44,718 nucleotides of DNA, taken from contig CALKUW010000042.1 of the NCBI GenBank assembly GCA_937996585.1, forward strand, positions 1 through 44,718, in the 5' to 3' direction. This document shows, one piece after another, positions 9,715 through 17,923 of the stretch (its first letter is position 1; each line of letters opens with the position of its first letter). Source of the stretch: an uncultured Flavobacteriales bacterium (lineage in GTDB: Bacteria > Bacteroidota > Bacteroidia > Flavobacteriales_D > Sanyastnellaceae). The translations under genes and the position numbers were made by a program. The notes below the pieces were generated by a model. The model was given only the letters and a program-made list of their open reading frames with translations. It was not told the origin of the DNA and ran no database searches.

Positions 9715-9790
9715 CGGGTCTCTCGGTTTCCGGCCTTCTCAGGCCTGCAGAGCAGCAATTTACAACCCGCGCCTGACGTAGCTTCGCACC

Positions 9791-10321
9791 ATGAGCATGC
9801 AGACGTTCTCCCTGTGCCTGGCTGTCGTAGCGTTCACCATGTCGCCCCTCGCATTTGATGCAGCGGGTCCTTCAAAGGAGCACCTTTCCGCTGGCGTCTT
9901 TGCACATCCGGACCACGGGGTCTCTTTCCTCGAGCAGCTGACCGGTCAATGGGTAATAGACGTTGAAGGCGAAGGGGAAAAGCGGCTCCGTTTCTACGAG
10001 GACGGTCGGTTCGGATGCAAGGTGGACGGGCATTGGACCGCAGGGAGCTACGTCATCCTGCGAACCGACGAGCGCAGCAAGGGGATCTTGCGGCTGGAGT
10101 ATTACGTGGATGGAAACCTTCACCTTCAGGAAGTGCGGTGCGAGGTCTATTTCACAGATGCTGGTGAGCATGGAGGTGAAGGGGAGCATGACCATGACCA
10201 CGGTTCCGAATCGGAAGAGGAGCACGATCACGGGCATCACCATGAGTACCTCAAGGTGGAGGTGCTGCCCGCTGCCGAGCAGGCACTCGGATTGGCAGGA
10301 GATTACCTGCACCAACACTGA
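9791..10321 (+). CDS. Secreted hypothetical protein with a His/Asp/Glu-rich C-terminal tail
   Basis: 176 aa with signal peptide MSMQTFSLCLAVVAFTMSPLAFDAAGP. The tail is GEHGGEGEHDHDHGSESEEEHDHGHHHEY. Confidence 0.6.
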   Translation: MSMQTFSLCLAVVAFTMSPLAFDAAGPSKEHLSAGVFAHPDHGVSFLEQLTGQWVIDVEGEGEKRLRFYEDGRFGCKVDGHWTAGSYVILRTDERSKGILRLEYYVDGNLHLQEVRCEVYFTDAGEHGGEGEHDHDHGSESEEEHDHGHHHEYLKVEVLPAAEQALGLAGDYLHQH

Positions 10322-10365
10322 GCGGCCTCAGTCACGGGCCACTTCCAGGCTTGAATTGGAAGGGC

Positions 10366-12249
10366 TTATTGCCCGATGGCGACGCGGGCATTCAACCCGC
10401 TGGGCGTGAAGCTGACCACATAGACCCCCTGGTTGAGGTCAATGCCATTCCATTCGGCAACGGTGCCCCCGTCCACCAAGCGGCCGGTGGCATCGTAGAC
10501 GGCATAGGTCGATCCCAAGCACTGCGCACATTGCACGCTGAAACCACCTTCGGTGAAGACCACGTGCAGCCCATCTGATTGCAGGTTTCCAATCGACAGG
10601 GCGGACTCGGCCTCATAGGGCGATGTGCCGTTCAGAATTTCGAACATGTCGCAGAGCCCATCGCCATCGGTGTCCTGGGCATACGGCGAGCAGGGGTCCT
10701 CAGCATCGGACCCCATGACCATTTCCTCCATGTCACAGAGCCCGTCTCCATCCGTGTCAGTGCCGATGGGAGAGCAGGGGTCGAGGTCGGACCAACCCGA
10801 AGCAGTTTCCATTCCGCTGCACCAGCCATCGCCGTCGACATCGAGGTCATCGGGGTTGCAGGCATCCTGGGCATTCCATCCTTCAATGTCCTCGAGAATA
10901 TCGCAGAAGCCGTCCCCGTCAGTATCCGTGCCATACGGTGCGCAGGGGTCCGTGGCGGAAGAACCGATGACCAGCTCAATCTGGTCGCAGAGTCCGTCTC
11001 CATCGGTGTCCTCTCCATAGGGGTCACACGTATTGTTGGGATCTGAGCCATTGGCGACTTCCGCACTGTTGCAGATGCCGTCCATGTCGGAGTCCGAGAA
11101 GTCGGGGCTGCAGGGGTCGTTCAGGTCGGATCCAATTGCCACCTCCTCCGTGTCACAGTAACCGTCACCATCGGAGTCCGTGGAAGCTGGGGAACAGGCG
11201 TTGTTGGGATTCGACCCCATCAGTTCCTCTTCAATGTCGCAATATCCATCCCCATCCGTATCGGCGTTGTATGGATCACAGGGATTGGTTGGGTCCGTCT
11301 CAAGATAGATTTCCAACGCATCGCATGCGCCGTCTGCATCCGAATCTTCCAGGCCCTCCGAGCCCAGATCGCATGGGTTGAACGGGTCTGTTCCGAGCTC
11401 CAACTCAGCTGCATCGCAGGTGCCATCGCCATCCGAGTCAGGGGCATCTTCGGAGCAAGGTGCCTCGGAATTTGCCACCAGCAAACACTGGGCTTCCGAG
11501 TTTGTAGGTGCTACCAACAGATCCTCGAGGAAGGTCCGGTTGTCCTCGTCCGACAGGTGGATACCGAGCCAATCCCCCCTGTCGACAACAATGCCATCGC
11601 AATCGATCACCACCATGCCGGCAGGACGCAGGAAGAAGTGCGAATAAATGAGGTTGTCCGGGGAATCAATCAGCATGTCCGACCAAGGGAATTGCCATTG
11701 GTTGCCGGAACCCGGTCCCATTTCATCAATGACCATCTGGGCGGCATCGATGCGGTCCTGGACGATGCGGTGCTGATTGAGGTATTCGCCATTGGGACCT
11801 GCAATGGGGAAGGCGGGGCAATTGGAGGGGCAATTCTCCAAGTCCAACGCATGGGCTTCGGCCACGTAAACCGGGACCCAATTGAAATCTTCTAGGTGAC
11901 TGGCAACCCATTCCACCACGACCGGCGACAAAGCGGGATCCCAATCATTCTGGAAGCGGACGCATGTCGCCGAACCGTTGAGGATGATGGTGGGCTTTTC
12001 CGGATCCACCTCGTTGGAGAGAAGGAACTCTTCTCCTTCGAGGGACCACAGGTGAAAGTCACCCACGGTGTCTCCGACGGCATAGCCCCCGTCGAATTCA
12101 TTCAGCTCTCCGCTGTATGGAACAGCATCGATGCTGTCCGTTGACAAAGGCTCGGCATCAACCCCCAGCCAAACGAAGTGCTCATTTTGCCCGAAAGCAC
12201 TGAGCCACGGGCCTGACAAAAGCGTCAGAAAAAGAACGGTCCTGTTCAT
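10366..12249 (-). CDS. Secreted protein: iodothyronine-deiodinase-like thioredoxin-fold domain, ten thrombospondin type-3-like Ca-binding repeats, and a T9SS sorting domain
   Basis: The track ORF starts at TTG 12261. I prefer ATG 12249 (signal peptide MNRTVLFLTLLSGPWLSAFGQ). The deiodinase-family signatures are TIILNGSATCVRF and VPVYVAEAHALD. Ten D-x-D-x-D-G-x-C-D repeats follow. The C-terminal ~80 aa (LHVVFTEGG...YVVSFTPSGLNARVAIGQ) are CTD-like. Confidence 0.75.
   Translation of the reverse strand: MNRTVLFLTLLSGPWLSAFGQNEHFVWLGVDAEPLSTDSIDAVPYSGELNEFDGGYAVGDTVGDFHLWSLEGEEFLLSNEVDPEKPTIILNGSATCVRFQNDWDPALSPVVVEWVASHLEDFNWVPVYVAEAHALDLENCPSNCPAFPIAGPNGEYLNQHRIVQDRIDAAQMVIDEMGPGSGNQWQFPWSDMLIDSPDNLIYSHFFLRPAGMVVIDCDGIVVDRGDWLGIHLSDEDNRTFLEDLLVAPTNSEAQCLLVANSEAPCSEDAPDSDGDGTCDAAELELGTDPFNPCDLGSEGLEDSDADGACDALEIYLETDPTNPCDPYNADTDGDGYCDIEEELMGSNPNNACSPASTDSDGDGYCDTEEVAIGSDLNDPCSPDFSDSDMDGICNSAEVANGSDPNNTCDPYGEDTDGDGLCDQIELVIGSSATDPCAPYGTDTDGDGFCDILEDIEGWNAQDACNPDDLDVDGDGWCSGMETASGWSDLDPCSPIGTDTDGDGLCDMEEMVMGSDAEDPCSPYAQDTDGDGLCDMFEILNGTSPYEAESALSIGNLQSDGLHVVFTEGGFSVQCAQCLGSTYAVYDATGRLVDGGTVAEWNGIDLNQGVYVVSFTPSGLNARVAIGQ
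10612..11445 (-). repeat. Coding tandem repeat: ten ~27-aa TSP3-like units
   Basis: The units are DSDGDGTCD, DSDADGACD, DTDGDGYCD, DSDGDGYCD, DSDMDGICN, DTDGDGLCD, DTDGDGFCD, DVDGDGWCS, DTDGDGLCD and DTDGDGLCD. They are separated by short linkers that contain conserved N/D-P-C motifs, for example NPCD and DPCSP. Confidence 0.85.
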
Positions 12250-12260
12250 TTCAGTGTGCA

Positions 12261-12288
12261 AAGAAAACCACGCATTCAGCCTGTGGTT
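12261..12288 (-). terminator. Possible intrinsic terminator of the Bat operon
   Basis: The minus strand reads AACCAC-aggctgaatgc-GTGGTT followed by TTCTTTG. The stem is only 6 bp, so this is weak. Confidence 0.35.
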
Positions 12289-12332
12289 GCTTAAAGTCGA
12301 AACCTTTTGTGACCGTCAATGTTCAAAGGCGG

Positions 12333-14864
12333 TCATATAGCCGACAAATCAGGGGCTTGAACCCACCCCGTGTTGCCATTGGCCAGTCTGATCTGCAGCC
12401 AATTGCCCTGCTCGCCGAGCACCTCGACAACGGTGCCTTCATGCAGGATGAACAGATCGGAGGCATCGGGCCCTTCGGATGGGCTGCTCTTTACTTCGAT
12501 TCGCGGCGCCATGATGACGGCCCCATCGTCGGCCTTGCTCCGCATGTGGGTTTCCCGACTCATGAACCCGAGCACGATGGCCACCGCACCAATGGTGGGC
12601 GAAAGGATGACGAGCAGCCTGCGTATTGAGACATCCCGGATGCCCATCCTGAGCAGGAGGAGCATGCATGCCAGCGCCCATGCAATGAGTGAACCGCAGG
12701 TCCAAGCACCTAGACGATGCTGTGCCGTGAGTTCCCGCCACAACGGGGCAAGGGCGATTTCCGGCATTTCCTCGATGCGGTCCACTACGGCGGATCGGGC
12801 CAAGAGCAGGTTGGCCTGGAGGTCGTCGTCGCTGGGGCGGATGCGCCGTGCTCGTTCGAAGTGCAGGATGCTCGGCCCAATCCGCCCCGACTTGTATTCG
12901 GCCACGCCCATGTTGTATTCGAGCTCGAAGGAAGTCCAGCTCAAGGCCACCTGTTCGTAGTACTGGATGGCCGTTTCCAAGTCGCCTTCGAGGTAGGCGG
13001 TATTGCCCTCCTGGAAGGTGGTCAGCGCTCCGGAGGCATCCGGGGCTGCCATCACGGCATGGACGCTTCCGCTGGCGAGGAGAAGGATGGCCATGCCCTT
13101 GCCCACCGGTCCCGCGCCTGGGCGGCGGGTGGATTTCCCCAAATGGCTTGCCAGTCGTTCCAATTGTGCGGCACATTCCGTCGCATCGGGCGCCCCGGGC
13201 GCGAATCGCCCCCTGTCCAATGTGGCCAACAGGTCAATCCATTCCGCGGCGGTCTCTTCGCCCAAGGGAACCAACGCCGCACGGTACCGTTCCGTTCCGG
13301 CATCACTGAGTGGAATGTCCAAACAGCCTTGAAGGAAGGCGTGTGCGGCATGGCCCAAAGCGTCCAGCGACCCTGAACCGGACCGTGCCTCGGCCAAGGC
13401 GCGCTTCAGGTCGGTCTTGGCTTTCTTTCGTCTCGCCACACCAGGGTCCAAGGCCTCCTTCTCGCGCCTCCGCTGCCAGGCGCCGCCAGCCAGAAGGAGC
13501 AAAGGTGGAAGGGCCCAGAGTGACATGTGAAAAGGGCTGCCGTAGAACGGCACCGTTTTCGGTTTCAATTCCGTCTCCGTTCGAATGAAACGCATGTCCC
13601 GGGTCAGGATGGTCACATCGGTCTTGCTGTTGAACCCGAACGCCGGGCCCTCGGCAGTGGCATTGCCCATCACGTCGAGCACGATCGGGCGGCTGTTCAA
13701 CGTGACGAACCGGTCCAGGGCGTGGTCGAAATAGGACAGTTCAGGCAGTTGGATTTCGAACCGTCCCTCTGACCGCGGAATCACGAGGTAGGTCTGTGTT
13801 CGCCGTCCCCTTTGTCCCTGCACATCCGTGGTGATCCTGTCTTTGATTTCGGGATCGAATACTTCCAGGTCCTTGGGCCAATCCATCTCAGGTGCCCCGA
13901 TCAAGGGCAGGTTGCCCTTGCCCCGAAACTCCAGGACGAGGTTGACCGCTTCATTGACCTTCGGTTGTTCGTCGCCCTCCTTGCGCCAGCTGATCGTCAA
14001 ATCCTGGAACGTGCCGAGTGATGTGGCCGGAATGGGGGTGGGCAACGGAGCCACTTCAATGTTGACTGCCCGCGCATCCGCGGAGACGGGCCTCGAATTG
14101 AAGAAGTTGATCCGTTGCTGGGCATCCACGTTGAAGCCGGCGATTTCCAGCGTCCCGGTGCGGGTGGGGTAGAGGATGTCCGTTCGCACCGTGGCGACCT
14201 GTACCCTGCGGCCGTCCACGATGGTGTTCTCCCAACGCGGATCCTCTCCCTCGACGGTTTCCTTCCACACTCCCGACAATTCTGGGAAGCTGTAATTCCG
14301 GACATCCACCGCCTCCATTCGGTTGTAAATCTTGAATTGCACCCGCACCGGTTCTCCAATGTGCACAGAGCGCTTGTCTACTTCAATGACGGCTTCGAAG
14401 GGGGAGTTGGCGCGGCTCGCCTGACTGCCGGCCTTCACCACTTGCAGATTGATCGCCTCCGTCCGAAGCAGGCCCTGGCGGGATTTGAATTCCAAGGAGG
14501 GAATCCTGAGCAATCCGACATTGGAAGCCACGGCGGAATAGGTGTACCCCCGTTTCGAGGACATGGCGCCGTTGACAATCTGGGTGCTCGAGGAAGTAGA
14601 AGGCCCGCTGAGGAAACGGATGCCCGATATGGAGGGCGGTGTTTTGAATTGAACGCTCGCATCCTGGAATTCGAACGTCAACCGGAATGGCTGTCCCGCC
14701 ACCACGGGATTCCTGTCCACCACCAGCGAGGCGCTGCCCTGGCTCCATCCCGCCATGGGGATGCTCAGGAGCATGGCGAGGAGCCATCCCCCCGAGTGCA
14801 GCAGGATGCGGCGCCGTGCGCATGCGCCCGCATGGAATACCTGTGGATTCGTTTCCATCGACAT
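12333..14864 (-). CDS. batD: BatD-like (oxygen tolerance) protein fused to a BatE-like TPR + SH3 module
   Basis: About 843 aa. The start is ATG 14864 or GTG 14867, and both overlap the upstream stop codon. The N-terminal signal/TM and BatD-like extracytoplasmic region are followed by a TPR-like stretch (FQEGNTAYLEGDLETAIQYYEQ, YNMGVAEYKSGRIGPSILHFERARRIRP). TM segments and a C-terminal SH3b-like segment (HEGTVVEVLGEQGNWLQIRLANGNTGWVQAPDL) complete the protein. Confidence 0.8.
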   Translation of the reverse strand: MSMETNPQVFHAGACARRRILLHSGGWLLAMLLSIPMAGWSQGSASLVVDRNPVVAGQPFRLTFEFQDASVQFKTPPSISGIRFLSGPSTSSSTQIVNGAMSSKRGYTYSAVASNVGLLRIPSLEFKSRQGLLRTEAINLQVVKAGSQASRANSPFEAVIEVDKRSVHIGEPVRVQFKIYNRMEAVDVRNYSFPELSGVWKETVEGEDPRWENTIVDGRRVQVATVRTDILYPTRTGTLEIAGFNVDAQQRINFFNSRPVSADARAVNIEVAPLPTPIPATSLGTFQDLTISWRKEGDEQPKVNEAVNLVLEFRGKGNLPLIGAPEMDWPKDLEVFDPEIKDRITTDVQGQRGRRTQTYLVIPRSEGRFEIQLPELSYFDHALDRFVTLNSRPIVLDVMGNATAEGPAFGFNSKTDVTILTRDMRFIRTETELKPKTVPFYGSPFHMSLWALPPLLLLAGGAWQRRREKEALDPGVARRKKAKTDLKRALAEARSGSGSLDALGHAAHAFLQGCLDIPLSDAGTERYRAALVPLGEETAAEWIDLLATLDRGRFAPGAPDATECAAQLERLASHLGKSTRRPGAGPVGKGMAILLLASGSVHAVMAAPDASGALTTFQEGNTAYLEGDLETAIQYYEQVALSWTSFELEYNMGVAEYKSGRIGPSILHFERARRIRPSDDDLQANLLLARSAVVDRIEEMPEIALAPLWRELTAQHRLGAWTCGSLIAWALACMLLLLRMGIRDVSIRRLLVILSPTIGAVAIVLGFMSRETHMRSKADDGAVIMAPRIEVKSSPSEGPDASDLFILHEGTVVEVLGEQGNWLQIRLANGNTGWVQAPDLSAI

Positions 14865-16846
14865 CACCAGTCCTTCTCGATTTTCGACTTCTTGCCCTTG
14901 TTGCGCTTGGCGTTTTCCTGAGCCTGCAATTTGGCACGAAGGGCGGCTTCGTTGCGCTCAAGCAAGTCAAGGATGCGCTCGGCATCTGCGGGGTGTATGC
15001 GTCCTTCCTGCTGTTCACCTTGATCAGGGCTGTCCTGTTGACCCTGGCCTTGATCTTGTTGTTGGTCCTGCTGCTGGTCGTTCTGCTGCTGGTCGCCTTC
15101 CCCTTGCTGGTCGTTCTGCTGCTGCTGGTCCTGTTGCTGGTCCTGTTGTTCGTCCTCTTGCTGGTCGTTCTGCTGTTGCTGGTCCTTCTGCTCGTCCTGT
15201 TGCTCGTCTCCCTGCTGTTGCTGTTCCTTCTGCTCGTCCTGTTGGTCGTCTCCCTGCTTTTGCTGTTCCTGCTGTTGCTGTTCCTGCCGCATCGACAACG
15301 CCAAACTGAGGTTGTGGCGGGTGTCAGCATCCATCGGGTCTAGCCGCAGCGCTTCCTTGTATGCACCTATGGCACCTTCCACGTCCTGACCGCCGAGCAG
15401 TACGTCGCCCACATTGCTCCACGCATCCGATTTCAATCGCGGGTCTTCGGCCTGGGATGCGGCGCGCTGAAAAGCCCTCATGGCGGCTTCGCCCTCACCT
15501 TTGCCGGCCAGCGCCAATCCTCTGTTCAGGGACAATTGACCGGGATCCGCACCCGACCATCCTTCAGCCGATTGGAACAGGCTGTCCGCCTTGGCGAAGT
15601 CGCGGTCCACCATGGCCTCGGTGCCGGCCACGGCCTGCGCCTTCGTGCCGCCAACCTTGTACGATTGGGCACGGGCGGTTCCGTTGCAAAGGATGAGAAC
15701 CAGCATGATGCCCAAGGCTGCGGTTGAACGCCGTTGGGCAAGTGGCCACAACGATTCCGCCAGAAGCAATGCCCATGCCACCAGGAAGAACCAGGGGAAG
15801 TGATGGACATAATCGGTGTAGGCCACCTTGTTGGTTTCACCCGTTTCGAGGTCGGCAATGCTGTCCAGGAAAGGGTCGAGGTCCACGAAGCCCTGATTGG
15901 CCCGCGCATAGGTGCCGCCCCCGGCTTCGACCATGGAAACGAGCATCCGCTCATCGAGCGTCGAGACCACTGGCTGGCCGCTGGCGTCCTCCTTATAGCC
16001 GGTTTGCCGCCCGTAACGGTCAAAAACCGGAATGGGGCCGCCTCCTTCGCTGGCCATACCAATGGCATGGACCTGGATGCCGCCTGCAGCCGCCTCATCG
16101 GCCCGGGCGAGGGCATCGTCCTCGTGGTTCTCCCCATCCGTCAGGACGAGGATGATCCTGCTCGCTTGACTTTCATCATCAAATGAGGATGTGCAGAGCT
16201 CGATGGCCGATCCCACGGCCGTTCCCTGCACCGGGATGGCTTCTGGACCGATGGCGTCGAGGAAGAGCTTGACTGCGGCCAGGTCGAGGGTGAGGGGCGC
16301 CTGAACGTAGGCGTCTCCCGCAAAGACCACCAGACCGGCGCGGTCTCCATCGAGGCGGCCAACCATCCGTTCAATGGTTCGCTTGGCCAGGTCCAGTCGG
16401 GCCATTCCGACGTCTTCGGCCATCATGGAGCGGCTGACATCCAAGGCCACCATGATGTCGACGCCTTTGGCTTCGACTTCCTTCAGGCGTGTACCGAGCT
16501 TGGGGGCGAGCATGCCGAGGGCGAGAATGGCCACCCCGGTTCGCCAGAGAAGGAATTTCCAGACCGATCGGCGCGGGCGGGCCTGGGGCCATAAGGTCTC
16601 GATCAGTGCAACATCCAATGCCTTGGACATGCGCCGCTGCTTCCAGAGGTAATGACGCGCGAAGAGCAGCAGACCCATGGGGGCCACCAACAGGGCTGGC
16701 CAGGCACCGGGCATGTGCAATTCGAATTGCGGTGCGGCCGAGCGCACCAGGAAATACAGTGCGACGATGAAGGCCCAGAAGACCAATTCGAACAGCACGA
16801 GCCCCGTGACGTGGCTGAACACCTTGTATTTGCGGGGTTCATTCAT
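14864..16846 (-). CDS. batB: BatB-like VWA-domain membrane protein fused to a BatC-like TPR protein with a Q/D/E-rich tail
   Basis: The preferred start is ATG 16846 (MNEPRKYKVF), which forms an ATGA overlap with the batA stop. It has N-terminal TM helices and a VWA domain with MIDAS motif DVSRSM. Two TM segments and a TPR region (DAWSNVGDVLLGGQDVEGAIGAYKEALRLDP) follow. A ~96-aa Q/D/E-rich stretch and a basic tail ending KSKIEKDW complete the protein. Confidence 0.82.
   Translation of the reverse strand: MNEPRKYKVFSHVTGLVLFELVFWAFIVALYFLVRSAAPQFELHMPGAWPALLVAPMGLLLFARHYLWKQRRMSKALDVALIETLWPQARPRRSVWKFLLWRTGVAILALGMLAPKLGTRLKEVEAKGVDIMVALDVSRSMMAEDVGMARLDLAKRTIERMVGRLDGDRAGLVVFAGDAYVQAPLTLDLAAVKLFLDAIGPEAIPVQGTAVGSAIELCTSSFDDESQASRIILVLTDGENHEDDALARADEAAAGGIQVHAIGMASEGGGPIPVFDRYGRQTGYKEDASGQPVVSTLDERMLVSMVEAGGGTYARANQGFVDLDPFLDSIADLETGETNKVAYTDYVHHFPWFFLVAWALLLAESLWPLAQRRSTAALGIMLVLILCNGTARAQSYKVGGTKAQAVAGTEAMVDRDFAKADSLFQSAEGWSGADPGQLSLNRGLALAGKGEGEAAMRAFQRAASQAEDPRLKSDAWSNVGDVLLGGQDVEGAIGAYKEALRLDPMDADTRHNLSLALSMRQEQQQQEQQKQGDDQQDEQKEQQQQGDEQQDEQKDQQQQNDQQEDEQQDQQQDQQQQNDQQGEGDQQQNDQQQDQQQDQGQGQQDSPDQGEQQEGRIHPADAERILDLLERNEAALRAKLQAQENAKRNKGKKSKIEKDW
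15002..15289 (-). repeat. Low-complexity imperfect tandem repeat encoding a Q/D/E-rich linker
   Basis: The protein stretch is RQEQQQQEQQKQGDDQQDEQKEQQQQGDEQQDEQKDQQQQNDQQEDEQQDQQQDQQQQNDQQGEGDQQQNDQQQDQQQDQGQGQQ. At DNA level it consists of reiterated ctgctggtc/ctgttgctg units. Confidence 0.9.
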
Positions 16847-17841
16847 GGCAGACTCCGGAAAATGACATGTCTGAACAGGGCTTCGGCTCCAAGCAGGAAC
16901 AGGGAAAGCCATCCGAAAATGGGGAACTCCTCTGTGCGCTTGTTGTAGCGGAAGACGTTGAATCGGGTCTTCTCGAGCGTATCGATTTCCTCGTAGACCT
17001 CCTTCAACTTGGCCCCGCTGGTGGCCCTGAAGTAGCGCCCGCCCGTTTCGTCCGCAATGCGCTTCAGGGTGCCCTCGTCAATGTTGACTTCCACCCAGTC
17101 GTAGATGAAGCTGCCATCCGGTCGCTTGCGCACCGGGCTCTTTGCCTTGCCTACCGTCCCGACCCCGACCGTATAGACCCTGATGCCCTCGAGGGCGGCC
17201 AATTGAGCGGCGTCCAGGGGTTCAATCTGGCCGCGGTTGTTCTCGCCGTCGGTGATGAGGATGACGATTTTGCTCTTGGCCTCGCTCTTGCGCAGCCGAT
17301 TCACGGCAGTGGCTAATCCCATCCCGATGGCCGTTCCTCCTTCCACCATCCCCGTCTCGAGGCCTGCCAATCCATCAAGGACCACCCGATGGTCTGTTGT
17401 CAAGGGGACGCGGGTAAAGCTTTCGCCCTCATAGACCACCACCCCGACGCGGTCGAATGGGCGGTCTGAAACGAATTCCCTGGCCACCTCCTTGGCGGCT
17501 TCGAGTCGATTGGGCCGAAAGTCCTTGCTCAGCATGCTGGCCGAGACATCCATGGCCATCACGATGTCAATCCCCTCTCGGGTCATGTTCTCGACACTGG
17601 ATGCGCTCTGTGGTTGGGCGATGACCAGCACCATCATCCCCAGCCCTGCAGTGCGCAAGGTGTCCGGTAGCAGCGGGAGCCATTGGTCGCGACGGGGCGG
17701 TTTCAGATCGAGGTGCTGGAGGTTGATGCGGAAAACGGGCCATGCAATGGGGCGCCAGATGCGCCAAAGGCTCCAGGCGGCCACCACGGTCCACAACCAG
17801 AGGGCCAGGGGGCGGCCCCATTCAAACCGGAGTTGGGCCAT
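16843..17841 (-). CDS. batA: BatA-like VWA-domain membrane protein
   Basis: The track ORF runs to 18249, but that stretch overlaps the upstream gene. I prefer ATG 17841 (MAQLRFEWGRPLALWLWTVV), which gives 332 aa, a typical BatA size. Alternative ATGs lie at 17931 and 17940. The MIDAS motif is DVSASM, followed by ILITDGENN and a C-terminal TM segment. Confidence 0.85.
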   Translation of the reverse strand: MAQLRFEWGRPLALWLWTVVAAWSLWRIWRPIAWPVFRINLQHLDLKPPRRDQWLPLLPDTLRTAGLGMMVLVIAQPQSASSVENMTREGIDIVMAMDVSASMLSKDFRPNRLEAAKEVAREFVSDRPFDRVGVVVYEGESFTRVPLTTDHRVVLDGLAGLETGMVEGGTAIGMGLATAVNRLRKSEAKSKIVILITDGENNRGQIEPLDAAQLAALEGIRVYTVGVGTVGKAKSPVRKRPDGSFIYDWVEVNIDEGTLKRIADETGGRYFRATSGAKLKEVYEEIDTLEKTRFNVFRYNKRTEEFPIFGWLSLFLLGAEALFRHVIFRSLP

Positions 17842-17923
17842 TTGCAGCACAGTGAACAACAGCACCCAGGCTCCTGCTTGCGCAAACCCCTGGCGCAGCC
17901 GTGCACCTTGTTGTCCGAAGGCG

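Noticed and set aside
7414-9858. Plus-strand ORFs of 396 aa (7414..8604) and 305 aa (8941..9858).
   Set aside because: Both are antisense to the M1 peptidase gene, which has the HExxH...E motif. Their composition is typical of GC-rich antisense frames.
10343-10362. The hairpin CTTCCA-ggcttgaat-TGGAAG between the convergent genes at 10321 and 10366.
   Set aside because: The stem is only 6 bp with a 9-nt loop and has no convincing T-tract on either strand. It may act as a weak bidirectional terminator, but the support is insufficient.
14383-15343. Several 180-315 aa ORFs on both strands with extreme low complexity (SNSRTTSKRT... and LLLVLLLLV...).
   Set aside because: These are alternative-frame and antisense readings of the Q/D/E-rich tandem-repeat region of the BatB/C gene. 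They are not independent genes.
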